Counted from the stretch's first letter, positions 21,114 through 31,184 are shown. The stretch is DNA of 62,650 bases from Longimonas sp. (GCF_040409695.1 NZ_JARWGJ010000200.1:1-62650), one strand, 5' to 3'. Notes: generated by a model from the sequence alone, not told the origin. Made by a program: numbers and translations.

Positions 21114-21327
21114 GACAAGATGTGGAGGCGTTCACATGCAAGAGAAGGTTCACTTATCAGAAAAGCCTGCGAACTCGCGAAGGTCCGACGCATCCATACG
21201 AGGCAGTACGGCAGCACCCGGCCCGCAACGAAGGTGTCCGTCTCTGTGTCGTATTTGCGCTGTTTGTAATGAGGCGGAGTCCTCCGTATATTCAAGACGT
21301 TCCCCCAGCTATACATAAAGAAAAGCT

Positions 21328-22629
21328 ATGTGGTACCGTACAACGATTTTTGCATTCGTGTTTTTGTTCATTGGCGGACTCTGTGCCGAAGCGGTTCAGG
21401 CGCAGATCTGGGACCGCGTTCGCGACCGGGCTGAACGCGAGGTTGAGCGCCGCGCCGAAGACGTCACATCTCGCGCTGTCAATGCGGTGCTCGATGAGAT
21501 GGAAGATGCGGTGGTCTGCGTCGTGTCTGACCCCGAGTGCATCTCAAGCGCTGAAGAAGACGGCAAGCCGGTTGTAATAACCGACGAAGAGGGCGAGCTG
21601 GTTGAGGTGCGTGATGGCGACGAAGAAGGCGCAGCTGCTGAAGCGGTAGAAGCCGCCGGTGTTGACGCCGAAGTGGCCGATGACACCCCGCGCCCCGGCG
21701 AAGGCGCCTGGGCGAACTACGACTTCGTGCCGGGTGATCAGGTCCTGTTTGATTACGCGTTCGAAAACGAGACCATCGGGCGCTTCCCGCAGCGGCTTGA
21801 GTTTCAGGAAGGCATGCTTGAAATCCTCGAATGGGAGGGCCAACGGCTTCTTTCCGGGTCGTCTTCCAGTAGTCGCTTCCGGGTGGAGCTCGACGAGGTG
21901 CTGCCTCAGCGCTTCACCATTGAGTTTGACGCGCACGTATCCGGCGGTCGTGCTCCTCGAGGGCTGCAGGTATATCTCTCTGAAGAGGGCGATGATCACT
22001 CCTATTTCGCATTGGAGTCGCGAAGCTCGGGTGTTATGGGCCCGACATCCAGCACGCGAGGAGTCAATACCTACCGCGACGAACTCGTACCCATTCGCAT
22101 CGCTGTAGACGGCACGTACGGCACGATGTATGTTGGCGAAGAGCGCGTAGCCAACATTCCAAACATGGAGATTGAGCGTAATAACTTCGTAGACTTCAAT
22201 CTCCGTGGTCGTGATAGCGGTCCCACCTACATCACCAACATCCGCATCGCGGGCGGGGGCCTGGAGCTCTACGACCGCCTCATGGCCGACGGCCGGGTCT
22301 CCACGCAGGGCGTGTACTTTGACACGGGAAGCGCCAGCATCCGCCCGGAGTCCACAGGCACGCTCACCGAAATCGGACGCATGCTGGATCAGCATGGCGA
22401 TCTACGCCTCCGCATCGAAGGCCACACCGACAACGTAGGCGACGCGCAGGCCAATATGGAGCTAAGCGATCGACGCGCCCAGTCGGTGATGCAGTACCTC
22501 GTCAACCAGCACGGCATCGCTGCCGATCGGCTGGAGGCTGTGGGTATGGGTGAAGAGGCGCCCGTGGCTGACAACGACACCGCCGAAGGCCGGCAGAACA
22601 ACCGCCGCGTGGAGCTGGTGCGGCTGTAA
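21328..22629 (+). CDS. OmpA-family peptidoglycan-binding protein
   Basis: Signal peptide; YDFVPGD N-terminal domain; IEGHTDNVG...LSDRRA...NRRVE. Confidence 0.92.
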   Translation: MWYRTTIFAFVFLFIGGLCAEAVQAQIWDRVRDRAEREVERRAEDVTSRAVNAVLDEMEDAVVCVVSDPECISSAEEDGKPVVITDEEGELVEVRDGDEEGAAAEAVEAAGVDAEVADDTPRPGEGAWANYDFVPGDQVLFDYAFENETIGRFPQRLEFQEGMLEILEWEGQRLLSGSSSSSRFRVELDEVLPQRFTIEFDAHVSGGRAPRGLQVYLSEEGDDHSYFALESRSSGVMGPTSSTRGVNTYRDELVPIRIAVDGTYGTMYVGEERVANIPNMEIERNNFVDFNLRGRDSGPTYITNIRIAGGGLELYDRLMADGRVSTQGVYFDTGSASIRPESTGTLTEIGRMLDQHGDLRLRIEGHTDNVGDAQANMELSDRRAQSVMQYLVNQHGIAADRLEAVGMGEEAPVADNDTAEGRQNNRRVELVRL

Positions 22630-22669
22630 GGCGCTGCTCGTCGTATCCAACGTAGTGTAAACACCACAG

Positions 22670-22700
22670 AACGAGGGCGTCTCTACGAGGCGTCCTCGTT
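22670..22700. terminator. Hairpin terminator between convergent genes
   Basis: acgagggcgtctc-tac-gaggcgtcctcgt, 13-bp stem. Confidence 0.65.
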
Positions 22701-22755
22701 TGGTTATGGCCGGGGTTCGTGGCTGGCCACACTGCTTGATCCAGAAAGAGATCGG

Positions 22756-24714
22756 CTATGGGGTTAGGCGGATGCGCACGTCGGGAGACTCGGCGGGACG
22801 GTGTGCTCGCGAGCGGGCGTCAGACGGAGAGAGGAGGCGGTCGGCGAGCGTGCGCGAGGGGTCGGTGCGGCTGTAGTGCGGCGGCTCGCCGGGACGGCCG
22901 ATCCAGTGCAGGTGGTAGCCCGGCGCTGGTCGCCGTGCCTCCGGATCAGGGCCTGGAGTCAGCGTGCTTGCATGGCCACGACCGGGAATGGAAGCCTGCG
23001 GACGACGATGGCCCGCGCTCGGATAGAGACGCTCCGGCAGGCGATGCGCGTCGCCCCACAGCGGCGCCCAAAGCCGATGCGGCTCGACCGACTCCCAGCG
23101 CCACCGACGTACGTCAGGGCCATGCGTGCGCTTCAGGCGCTCCACGGCCCGCGCAAAAGCACGCCGGTAGCGCACCGATGCGAAGTAAAGCGCAGGATCC
23201 AGCCGGGTGGGGCCTGCACGAAGCGACTCGATTTCGTCCCACCACATGCGAAAGAGAGATGCGCCAATGCTCGACGGCTCAAACACGCCTTCCCAGTTCT
23301 GCACAAAGGTGGCGGCAACCGCCTGAAGCGAGTCCGTTGGCGGATGAGCGGCGAGTGCCTCCTGCAGGGGAACGACTCTCTGCCGTGCCCAGGTACTGGT
23401 GTCGTCAACGGCCCACGCATCCACAGCAGCCTGCCGATCGGCATACGTCTGAAAGCGATCGGCCCAAGTCGCGCGCCATGGCGATGCGCTCACCACAACG
23501 CCTACCGAGTCGCCTGCGGCGTTTCGGATTGGGGTGGTTGGCCCCGATACAGCAGGCGCCCCGCCAGCGATGTGGCGGAGCGTGGCTGAGGCATGCTGCG
23601 GCAGCGGTGCCGGGTCGGGGAAGCGGTTGGCCTGCTCAGGCAGCGATGCACGATACGGAAGCGTGAGCGCCCAGGCCGAGTCAGCAAGCGTGGTGTCGCG
23701 GGCGCGCTCCTCCGCGCTCACTGTAAAGACGCGTGTTGTGTCGGTGAATGCCGTGCTAACCAGCGCTTCGTGTCCGCCTTGCATGCGGATGCGCTCGGCA
23801 GCAAGAGGCGCTGCCACATCGCCAGGTATGCGCACCCAGCCTGCCGTAGCACGCGGCAGAGTCAGGTAGTGGGCCGTACGGGTGTGGTGCGCGAGTGTCC
23901 ACCGGGTGCCCGGCACGGTAGCGACCCAGGCCGTATCGGCTGGACTCGTATACCAGACCGGAGCAACCAGCGGGTCGATGCTGTGTCCACGCGTCAACCG
24001 GTAGCCCAACGCAGGTCCGGCTCCCTCTGAGTCACCTGCCGCAGACACGTTCAGCAGCCAGGCCATGCTATCGTGCCAGTGGTGCAGGCCCAGCCAATCC
24101 CGCAGGTCGTCGTCTACCGATGCAAAGGTGCGCATCGACTCGGTAGCAGAATCCGGGAGCGGAGGGCGCTCGGTTGCCATCCAGGTAAGCAGGTGCTCCA
24201 CGGCCAGCGTGTGCCAGGGGGCCCATGGAGCCGGTGGATCGCTAAGAAGCGCAAACGGGGGCTGCGACTGCACGTAATCGGTGGCAAACGCCGCGTTTAC
24301 CCCCTCGGCATAGGCAGCGAGCCAGGCCCGGTCGTCAGACGGAAGACGCCCCGTGTGTTCCTGAGCGGTGCGGGCCCACCCCATCTTGCGGGCGTGGCGG
24401 TCGAGGGGCAGGGCCTCGGACGTGAGCCAGTGTGTGAGTCTGCCGCGCGCTGCCTGGCGCCAGAGCACCATCGACCAGGCGTGCTGCATGCCGTGGGCCA
24501 TGCCAAGGGCCCGGGCCGCATCGCGTTCTGAAGAGGCGTCTACGTAGAGGAGCGGGGTATCGTCTTCCCAGCCTATGGTCGCACTGGTGGACTGGCCCGG
24601 CAGCGAAACCGACGAGGGCGGAGCAGCTGGCGCCGCGACCTGGGTCCACCACAGCAGCCCCAGAGCCGTCAGGAACGCGCCAACCAGCGCAGCTACAGCG
24701 AGACGGTAGACCAT
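22756..24714 (-). CDS. Penicillin acylase (Ntn-hydrolase)-like protein, degenerate
   Basis: N-terminal TM; ALGMAHG...MVLWRQAARGRL...LDRHARKMG...LAAYAEGVNA...PAPWAP alpha-chain pattern; WEG...SIGASLF and WRW beta-chain remnants. Confidence 0.7.
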   Translation of the reverse strand: MVYRLAVAALVGAFLTALGLLWWTQVAAPAAPPSSVSLPGQSTSATIGWEDDTPLLYVDASSERDAARALGMAHGMQHAWSMVLWRQAARGRLTHWLTSEALPLDRHARKMGWARTAQEHTGRLPSDDRAWLAAYAEGVNAAFATDYVQSQPPFALLSDPPAPWAPWHTLAVEHLLTWMATERPPLPDSATESMRTFASVDDDLRDWLGLHHWHDSMAWLLNVSAAGDSEGAGPALGYRLTRGHSIDPLVAPVWYTSPADTAWVATVPGTRWTLAHHTRTAHYLTLPRATAGWVRIPGDVAAPLAAERIRMQGGHEALVSTAFTDTTRVFTVSAEERARDTTLADSAWALTLPYRASLPEQANRFPDPAPLPQHASATLRHIAGGAPAVSGPTTPIRNAAGDSVGVVVSASPWRATWADRFQTYADRQAAVDAWAVDDTSTWARQRVVPLQEALAAHPPTDSLQAVAATFVQNWEGVFEPSSIGASLFRMWWDEIESLRAGPTRLDPALYFASVRYRRAFARAVERLKRTHGPDVRRWRWESVEPHRLWAPLWGDAHRLPERLYPSAGHRRPQASIPGRGHASTLTPGPDPEARRPAPGYHLHWIGRPGEPPHYSRTDPSRTLADRLLSPSDARSRAHRPAESPDVRIRLTP

Positions 24715-24736
24715 GAGAGCAGAGCTTATGAAAGGC

Positions 24737-26443
24737 TTATGCTGTAGAAGCAACAGGAGCGCGCGCATCCAGCCACTGCTCAAAGTCCGGCAGCGACTTC
24801 GCGTTCAAGCACGCATCTGCCGTGAGTCCTCCCTTCCGTGCCGCTTCCACGCCCCAGCGCACGTTGTCGAGCTCGTCCGTAGAATGCGCATCGGGGTTGA
24901 TCGACACCAGCACGCCCTGCTCAACCGCATAGCGCACATGGGTCCAGTCAACGTCGAGGCGATAGGGGTTGGCGTTGAGCTCAATGGCCACGTTGTGCGC
25001 GGCGCAGGCATCGATGACCGCCTCGTGGTCAATCGGATAGCCCTCGCGCACAAGCAAGAGGCGTCCCGTGGGATGCCCGAGGATCGTTGTGGCCGGATGC
25101 GAAACGGCGCGGATGATGCGCTCGGTGGCCTCCGCCTCGTTCATGCTAAAGCCCGAGTGCACGCTCGCCACCACCAGGTCAAACTGCGCCAGCAGCTCAT
25201 CATCGTAGTCGAGCGAGCCATCTTTCAGGATGTCGCTCTCGATGCCCTTAAACACCCGAAACGTCCCATCGTCGTGGGCGTCGTTGAGCGCGTCGATGGC
25301 GTCATGCTGCGCGCGCACCTCGTCGGGCGAGAGGCCGCTGGCAACGGTGAGCGACTGGCTGTGATCGCAGATACCGATGTATTCGAGTCCGCGCGAGCGC
25401 GTCGCCTCGGCCATGGCGCGCAGCGAGTGCGCCCCGTCGCTGTACGTGGTGTGGTTGTGCAGCGTGCCACGCAGGTCGCTAAGCGTAATGAGCGCGTTGG
25501 TATCTGGCAGCGCGGCAAGGGTGTCGGTCCACAGCGCTTCGCGGAGCTCAGGGGGATGCGGGGCGCTGTCAAACGACGCAAAGACCGCCGCTTCATCGGT
25601 CATGGCCGGCAGCGCATCGGGAGCGTCTGTCATCGCTTTACGATAGCTCTCGGATCCCGTATGGTACCAGAGTGCTGTTCCAAGTTCATCTGGATGCACG
25701 CAGTAGATCGAAACGGGAAAGCCGTCGGGAAGCGTGGTCGTTACGGTAGCACGGACGTACGGCGGAAGCTCCTTGTCGGAAGCCGACGCGCTCTCGTACT
25801 CCGCAGCGTTGAGCGCATCGACGAGGGCGCGGGCGTCTGCGGTGCTAACGAGCGTGAGCTCCTGCAGCGTTGGACACTTGCGCCGAAAGCCGCCCGCCAG
25901 TGCCACGGGGGCGCTGGTCGCCCCGGCGAGCGTGTCGCGCAGCGAGTGGGCCGCGGCATACACATCGGCATAGCGACGCTGCGCATCGTACCGCCGCAGG
26001 GCGCGCACATGCTTTAAGATGTTGGCCTCGGTCTTGGCCCCAAACCCGCTAATCTGCTGAATCTGGTTCGACTCCGCAGCGGTTTCGAGTTCATCGAGCG
26101 AGGTAACGTCAAGCTCCTTCCAGAGCGTACGCACCCGCTTCGTGCCCAGCCCCTTCACGCGCAACACGTCGAGCAGGCCGGGCGGCACCGCGTTTAGCAG
26201 CTCGTCGCGCAGGTCGAACGAGGCGCGCGCGAACAGGTCGTTGAGCTGCGCCGCGAGGCCGTCGCCAATCCCGTCGATCTGCTGGAGCGCGCCACGGTCT
26301 ACGTAGTCCTGCAGCGGCTCCTCCATATCGCGAATGGTGCGGGCGGCGCTGCTAAAGGCCCGCGCCCGAAACGGATTGCCACCGGTGAGCTCAATAAGCT
26401 GTGCGGTTTCGTTGAGTACCGCCGCTACTTTTTTGTTCGTCAT
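24737..26443 (-). CDS. polX: Family X DNA polymerase/PHP 3'-5' exonuclease with non-canonical polymerase site
   Basis: NPFRARAF, HhH GIGDG/GLGTK/GFGAK, PELRE; PHP motifs HNHTTYSDG, DHS, HPTGR, ELNA, INPDAH. Confidence 0.93.
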   Translation of the reverse strand: MTNKKVAAVLNETAQLIELTGGNPFRARAFSSAARTIRDMEEPLQDYVDRGALQQIDGIGDGLAAQLNDLFARASFDLRDELLNAVPPGLLDVLRVKGLGTKRVRTLWKELDVTSLDELETAAESNQIQQISGFGAKTEANILKHVRALRRYDAQRRYADVYAAAHSLRDTLAGATSAPVALAGGFRRKCPTLQELTLVSTADARALVDALNAAEYESASASDKELPPYVRATVTTTLPDGFPVSIYCVHPDELGTALWYHTGSESYRKAMTDAPDALPAMTDEAAVFASFDSAPHPPELREALWTDTLAALPDTNALITLSDLRGTLHNHTTYSDGAHSLRAMAEATRSRGLEYIGICDHSQSLTVASGLSPDEVRAQHDAIDALNDAHDDGTFRVFKGIESDILKDGSLDYDDELLAQFDLVVASVHSGFSMNEAEATERIIRAVSHPATTILGHPTGRLLLVREGYPIDHEAVIDACAAHNVAIELNANPYRLDVDWTHVRYAVEQGVLVSINPDAHSTDELDNVRWGVEAARKGGLTADACLNAKSLPDFEQWLDARAPVASTA

Positions 26444-26546
26444 GCGCGCCGTTGCGTTGAGAAAGAGAAGCAGACATCTACGTAGAACGGACGGCATGCC
26501 GGGCGGATTGTTGCGCACAGATAGCGCGAAGCGTGCAATACAGCAG

Positions 26547-26939
26547 CTACGAGGCCGGCTGCTTCGGAAGCGGAATCAGCACGAACGAAACGAACAGCTG
26601 TACGGCAAATCCGATCGCAAAAAAGAGCGGGTCGCCCACCAGCAGCAGGTAGACAGCCCCCACGGTTGCGGCGGCTTCAGACAACGTCCAGCCTGTAATC
26701 GTGTGCGTGCCCCGGGATGCAAGGTCCTCTGCAGCATCCCACTGCATGCGCACAGCCAGCACGCCGCCGAACAACACGAGAAAGAGGAGCGCGGTGCCGG
26801 CCTGGGCGTATGTTTCAATGGGCAGCAGCTCGGAGGCGAGCAGACCGGCGTCTTGCGTTAGAAAAAACGCAATGCCTCCAAAGGCAAGGCTGCTTGTCAG
26901 GAGGGCAAACCGGATGATCTGTAGCGCGTTTTTATCCAT
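26547..26939 (-). CDS. Small integral membrane protein (about 4 TM)
   Basis: Hydrophobic segments; co-oriented upstream of polX. Confidence 0.7.
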   Translation of the reverse strand: MDKNALQIIRFALLTSSLAFGGIAFFLTQDAGLLASELLPIETYAQAGTALLFLVLFGGVLAVRMQWDAAEDLASRGTHTITGWTLSEAAATVGAVYLLLVGDPLFFAIGFAVQLFVSFVLIPLPKQPAS

Positions 26940-27146
26940 GGGCTGGTGATGGTCGTGATTCGATGAGACGCGAAGCGATGCCGGACCCGGAGCACGTGGA
27001 CTGTACGCGATGCCCTATGCAACAGGGCACCCGCGCTGCGCATCCGTCTGCCCCTACAGGCGCACTGATCTGCACCGCGCAACGATACAGATGTGCTACC
27101 GGATCGACCATCATTATCTACCGAATCTACGATGAGGGCTGTTCAT

Positions 27147-27512
27147 ATGCCAGACGACACGTCAGACGCGACACGTCATACGGTTCGGGTGCACGACGGC
27201 ACGCGGTGGCATGCGCTTTCGGTGCCGCACGGGGCGGTGCTGCGAGATGTGCTGCTACGAAATGGCCTGTCGCCCTACACGGCGATCACCCGGCGCGCCA
27301 ACTGTGGCGGACGCGGGATCTGCGCGACCTGTGGGGTGCGCGTTGTGGAGGCGGTAGCGCCAACGCACTGGCACGACCGGCTGGCGAAGCGATACGGGTA
27401 CCCCCGGCTCTCGTGCCAGATTCGCGTTGAGCACGCGCTTACTGTGCGCCTGGTTGCGGATAAGTGGGTATGGGGGCAACGGAAACCGAACGACGCGCCG
27501 GAGGCCTCGTAG
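27147..27512 (+). CDS. 2Fe-2S ferredoxin-like protein
   Basis: NCGGRGICATC...RLSCQ. Confidence 0.85.
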   Translation: MPDDTSDATRHTVRVHDGTRWHALSVPHGAVLRDVLLRNGLSPYTAITRRANCGGRGICATCGVRVVEAVAPTHWHDRLAKRYGYPRLSCQIRVEHALTVRLVADKWVWGQRKPNDAPEAS

Positions 27513-27620
27513 GAGCGTTTGTATGCAGCCATTGCTTGCATCGGGCGGGTGCCAGACAGGTGCCGGGTGGATGTGCTGCAATGTGCTGCTCCGATAGTTT
27601 ACACATGACCAGACTGCCTT

Positions 27621-28130
27621 ATGACACAGCCTGCTGTTCCCCCCGATACGTATGCACGTGCCACCGCATACACCGACGTTTTCGACCGTATCGATGCCCT
27701 TTTAGAAGGAGAGACCGACTGGATCGCGGCGATGGCCACGGTGGCGTGCGAACTGCATCATACGTTCGACTACTACGACTGGACGGGCTTCTACCGGGCG
27801 GTATTAGACGACCTGCTGGTCGTGGGGCCGTACCAGGGCTCGCACGGGTGCCTGCGTATTCCGTTCGACCGCGGCGTGTGTGGAGCGGCGGCGCGCACTC
27901 GCGAAACGCAGTTTGTGCCCGATGTTGAGGAGGCTGCTGACCACATCGCGTGTTCCTCATCGACGCGATCGGAGGTGGTTGTGCCAGTGACGACGCCCGA
28001 CGGACAGCTCCTTGCGGTGCTCGACATCGACTCGGATACGCTGGATGCGTTCACGGAGACGGATACGCAGATGCTGGAGCAGTTGGCGACGCGCCTCGGC
28101 GAGCAGTTCGCGTCGACCGAGCAGCGGTAA
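27621..28130 (+). CDS. msrC: GAF-domain free methionine-R-sulfoxide reductase (MsrC-like)
   Basis: WTGFY, VGPYQGSHGCLRI..GVCG, HIAC..RSEVVVP, LDIDS. Confidence 0.8.
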   Translation: MTQPAVPPDTYARATAYTDVFDRIDALLEGETDWIAAMATVACELHHTFDYYDWTGFYRAVLDDLLVVGPYQGSHGCLRIPFDRGVCGAAARTRETQFVPDVEEAADHIACSSSTRSEVVVPVTTPDGQLLAVLDIDSDTLDAFTETDTQMLEQLATRLGEQFASTEQR

Positions 28131-28197
28131 CCGTGCACGGTAGTTATACGCAATGGCTGTGCGCGAGCGCAGGGCAGTATCCGATGCGCAGCTGGTC

Positions 28198-28623
28198 TTA
28201 ACGGCGTCGTGTAACCTGACGCGGGTGGCGCACCTCAACCTGTGGCGTACCCTCGTGCAGGCGGATGCGTCCGCGCACGCAGATCTCGGCGTCGCGATAG
28301 AGGCGTTCGGGGGCTACGCTCCAGTGGCCCCGGTGCTCGCCCCATATTACGGCTGTGAAGGGCTGATCAGGATACGATCCGCCCATGTTCAGGAAGGTAG
28401 GTTCGCCTCCGATACGCGGAAGGTATGACGTGTTGGTGACGGGCCCGCAGACCTCGGCAGGGCGGTCAAGGTGCGAGCGGGCCTCGGTAGCGCGTATCGT
28501 GACTTCCGGCTCGACGTTGTTTCCACTTTCCGGCTGAAAAACCCGAGAGAGGAGCAGTCCAACCAACAGTAGCGCGGTAAGAACGATAAAAAGAGACTTC
28601 CATTCAGAGAGGCGTTGCAGCAT
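28198..28623 (-). CDS. Membrane-anchored OB-fold protein
   Basis: N-terminal TM; VCGPV..TFLNMG..YP..PFTAVIW..ICVRGRI..GTPQVEV. Confidence 0.75.
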   Translation of the reverse strand: MLQRLSEWKSLFIVLTALLLVGLLLSRVFQPESGNNVEPEVTIRATEARSHLDRPAEVCGPVTNTSYLPRIGGEPTFLNMGGSYPDQPFTAVIWGEHRGHWSVAPERLYRDAEICVRGRIRLHEGTPQVEVRHPRQVTRRR

Positions 28624-28681
28624 GTGAGCGCGCGAGAGCAGGCACTAAGCAGCAGATAGTTGGCTATACGGCATCTTCTGC

Positions 28682-28720
28682 ACAGGTTGTGCGAACAGGT
28701 TGTGCGAACAGGTTGTGCGA
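28682..28720. repeat. Perfect tandem repeat 3 x 13 bp (acaggttgtgcga)
   Basis: Read directly from the sequence. Confidence 0.9.
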
Positions 28721-28806
28721 TCTGTTCTGGGACCTGTAGAAGAAGCACGACAGCACATACGACCTGAGGGCCTGCTACGTTGCATGATGGGTACGCATGA
28801 TGGATA

Positions 28807-29910
28807 CTACTCAGCTGGTGGCGGGGGCCTCAGGGCAGACACCGGCACGCGGCACACAACCGTGGTGCTGTCGGGTGTGCGAGACACGTGGAGCGCGCCA
28901 CCGATAAACTGCGCCCAGTACCTCATCCGAGCAAGCCCTTGCTTGACCGATGGATCATCGCGGTTGGCGGTCCAATCGCGCTTGTCGTTTCGAATAGAGA
29001 GGCAGAGGTGCTCGCCGTCCAGGAACAGTCGAACGACAATATGGTCGGGGGCGGCATGCTGCCGAGCAGACCGGACGCCCTCTTCGGCGACCCGGTACAT
29101 CAGCAGGGCTGTAATCTGATTGGTAACCGACGGAATAGGGGGGTAGCTGATGAAGCGGCACGTGCCGTGAAACCGTTCAGCCTCTTCGCGTGCGAGGTCG
29201 TCGAGGGCCTCGGCGAAGCGGCCCTGCTGCAGCGATACCGGAACGAGCGTGTGTGAAAGCTGGCGGGCCTTTTCGGTGCCATCGCGCAGGGCCTGGGCCA
29301 CAGCGTCAAGGTCTTCGGCGCTGCAGGCTTCTCCGCGCTCCACCTTGTTTTTGAGGTTCTGCACGCTGATGGCAGTAGCCGCCAGGTGCATGCCGAGCGT
29401 TTCGTGGAGCGACTGGCTGATGCGATGGCGTTCGTTCGCGTGTTGCGTTGCCATATGGCGGTCCATGCGGCGGCGCTCCGTAATATCTACGCCGGCGAGC
29501 ACAAACGACTGCACGCATCCTGCTGCGTCGCGCTGGGCGGTGCAAGAGCCTTCAATGAAGTGGGGCGTACCATTTTCGGCGACCCACCGAATACGGAGGT
29601 AAACGCAGTTCGTCTCCCCGTTTCGCAACCTGGACAGGCTATTGTTGATGCTGTTGACCTCTTCAGTGGTCTCAAGCAGGTCGCGTATATCGCGGCCACA
29701 CACGTTGGCCGCGGAGGAGCCTACTAGTTTGGCATATGCATGATTGGTATACTGGATAACACCAGACACGTCCATCTTGACGACAATGGCTCCCATTGCG
29801 TCTAAGAGATCGCGTGTTTCGGTACTATCAGAAGGCTCCGGGACGGGAGGTTTTTGCGCAACAGCCCCCGACTGCCACTGCGCAGGCGTAATATCAATAA
29901 AGGTTAGCAT
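28807..29910 (-). CDS. PAS-domain NarX/DegS-type (HisKA_3) histidine kinase with degenerate ATPase domain
   Basis: PAS ending DITERRR; ERHRISQSLHETLG H-box; altered N and G boxes. Confidence 0.8.
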   Translation of the reverse strand: MLTFIDITPAQWQSGAVAQKPPVPEPSDSTETRDLLDAMGAIVVKMDVSGVIQYTNHAYAKLVGSSAANVCGRDIRDLLETTEEVNSINNSLSRLRNGETNCVYLRIRWVAENGTPHFIEGSCTAQRDAAGCVQSFVLAGVDITERRRMDRHMATQHANERHRISQSLHETLGMHLAATAISVQNLKNKVERGEACSAEDLDAVAQALRDGTEKARQLSHTLVPVSLQQGRFAEALDDLAREEAERFHGTCRFISYPPIPSVTNQITALLMYRVAEEGVRSARQHAAPDHIVVRLFLDGEHLCLSIRNDKRDWTANRDDPSVKQGLARMRYWAQFIGGALHVSRTPDSTTVVCRVPVSALRPPPPAE

Positions 29911-30370
29911 AAACGCTGTGCGGTGGGGAAAAGTAGATGGTGGGGGACAGACTCCGGCAGATGGTACGCAGTTGGTAGGGGGCGCCAAAGGCTAACACAT
30001 CAACTTGTGCGTCAGACTTTGAGCCAGCAATACGCGTTCCAGTTCTGTGGCCTGCTTTTACTCCGGGGCGACAGATGGTAGGGAAAAGAGCAGATACTTT
30101 ACAGGTAAAGCTACACGCTCAATGGAATGTTGGTGCGAATACACAGATCAACAAACAAAAAAGAAGATAGGCAATTGCAAACTTGTATGAAGTTGTTTGC
30201 GTCGTGCCCTGTTCGTTATGGCCAATGAGGCCCTCTTATTCTTCATAGGCGAAACTCTGCTGTAGGTCCGGACACGGCGGCGTGGCCAGCTGGCGCAAAG
30301 TTAGAGGCGAACAGAGAATCCGTTCGCCCCAGAAAAAGTGTAGTCAGGAGCAATTACAGAGAGAACCCTG

Positions 30371-31126
30371 TTACTGAGCTGTGTATCCGCCGTCAAGGAC
30401 GAGTTCGGTTCCTGTTACGAACCGGGACTCATCTGAAGCGAGGTAAACAATGGCGTAAGCGATGTCTTCAGGCTGGCCCATGAATCCGATCGGATGCATG
30501 GCATCGAGTTCATCCTTCGAAGCATTGCTCATCTCTGCTCCGTAGTCGGCCATCCCGGTGTCTACGTATGCCGGATGGACCGAGTTAACACGGATGCCGT
30601 CATCGGCAAGCTCGATGGCAGCGTCTTTGGTCATTGTGCGCACCGCCCCCTTGCTGGCCCCGTAACATACATGCCGCGCGGAGCCGACGAGTCCGGCAAC
30701 CGACGACAGGTTGATGATAGAGCCGCGCCTCGCCTCACGCATGGCAGGCACGACATGCTTCATCCCGAGAAAAACTCCTGTTACATTGATATCCATGAGG
30801 TGGCGCCACTCTTCGAGCGTGGTATCCTCAAGCGGCTTAATGAGGTAGATACCAGCGTTATTCACAAGCACCGTAGGAGCACCCAGGTCGTCGCGCACAG
30901 AATCGACAACACGCTCCCAGGCAGCTTCGTCGGTTACATCGTGCGCGTAGAACTGTGCGGTGCCTCCACCATCCCGAATCTGGGCAGCAGTGGCTTCTCC
31001 ATCTTCTTCGTTGACATCGGTAATGGCAACCTTGGCCCCTTCTTGAGCCAGGTGCTGTGCAGCGGAGCGTCCAATGCCTACAGCGCCTCCGGTGACGATA
31101 GCAACTTCGTCTTGTACACGTCCCAT
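30371..31126 (-). CDS. SDR family oxidoreductase
   Basis: TGGAVGIG, VNNAG, YGASK, RVNSVHP, DGGY. Confidence 0.93.
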   Translation of the reverse strand: MGRVQDEVAIVTGGAVGIGRSAAQHLAQEGAKVAITDVNEEDGEATAAQIRDGGGTAQFYAHDVTDEAAWERVVDSVRDDLGAPTVLVNNAGIYLIKPLEDTTLEEWRHLMDINVTGVFLGMKHVVPAMREARRGSIINLSSVAGLVGSARHVCYGASKGAVRTMTKDAAIELADDGIRVNSVHPAYVDTGMADYGAEMSNASKDELDAMHPIGFMGQPEDIAYAIVYLASDESRFVTGTELVLDGGYTAQ

Positions 31127-31184
31127 AATGGTCTGGTAGAGTTTAAACGAGAAATAGGCGATGTACTACAGTTCGCGAATAGCC

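Noticed and set aside
28682-28720. Short repeats as a possible CRISPR array (also 57856-57891)
   Set aside because: Units are 12-13 bp, directly adjacent with no spacers, and there are no cas genes.
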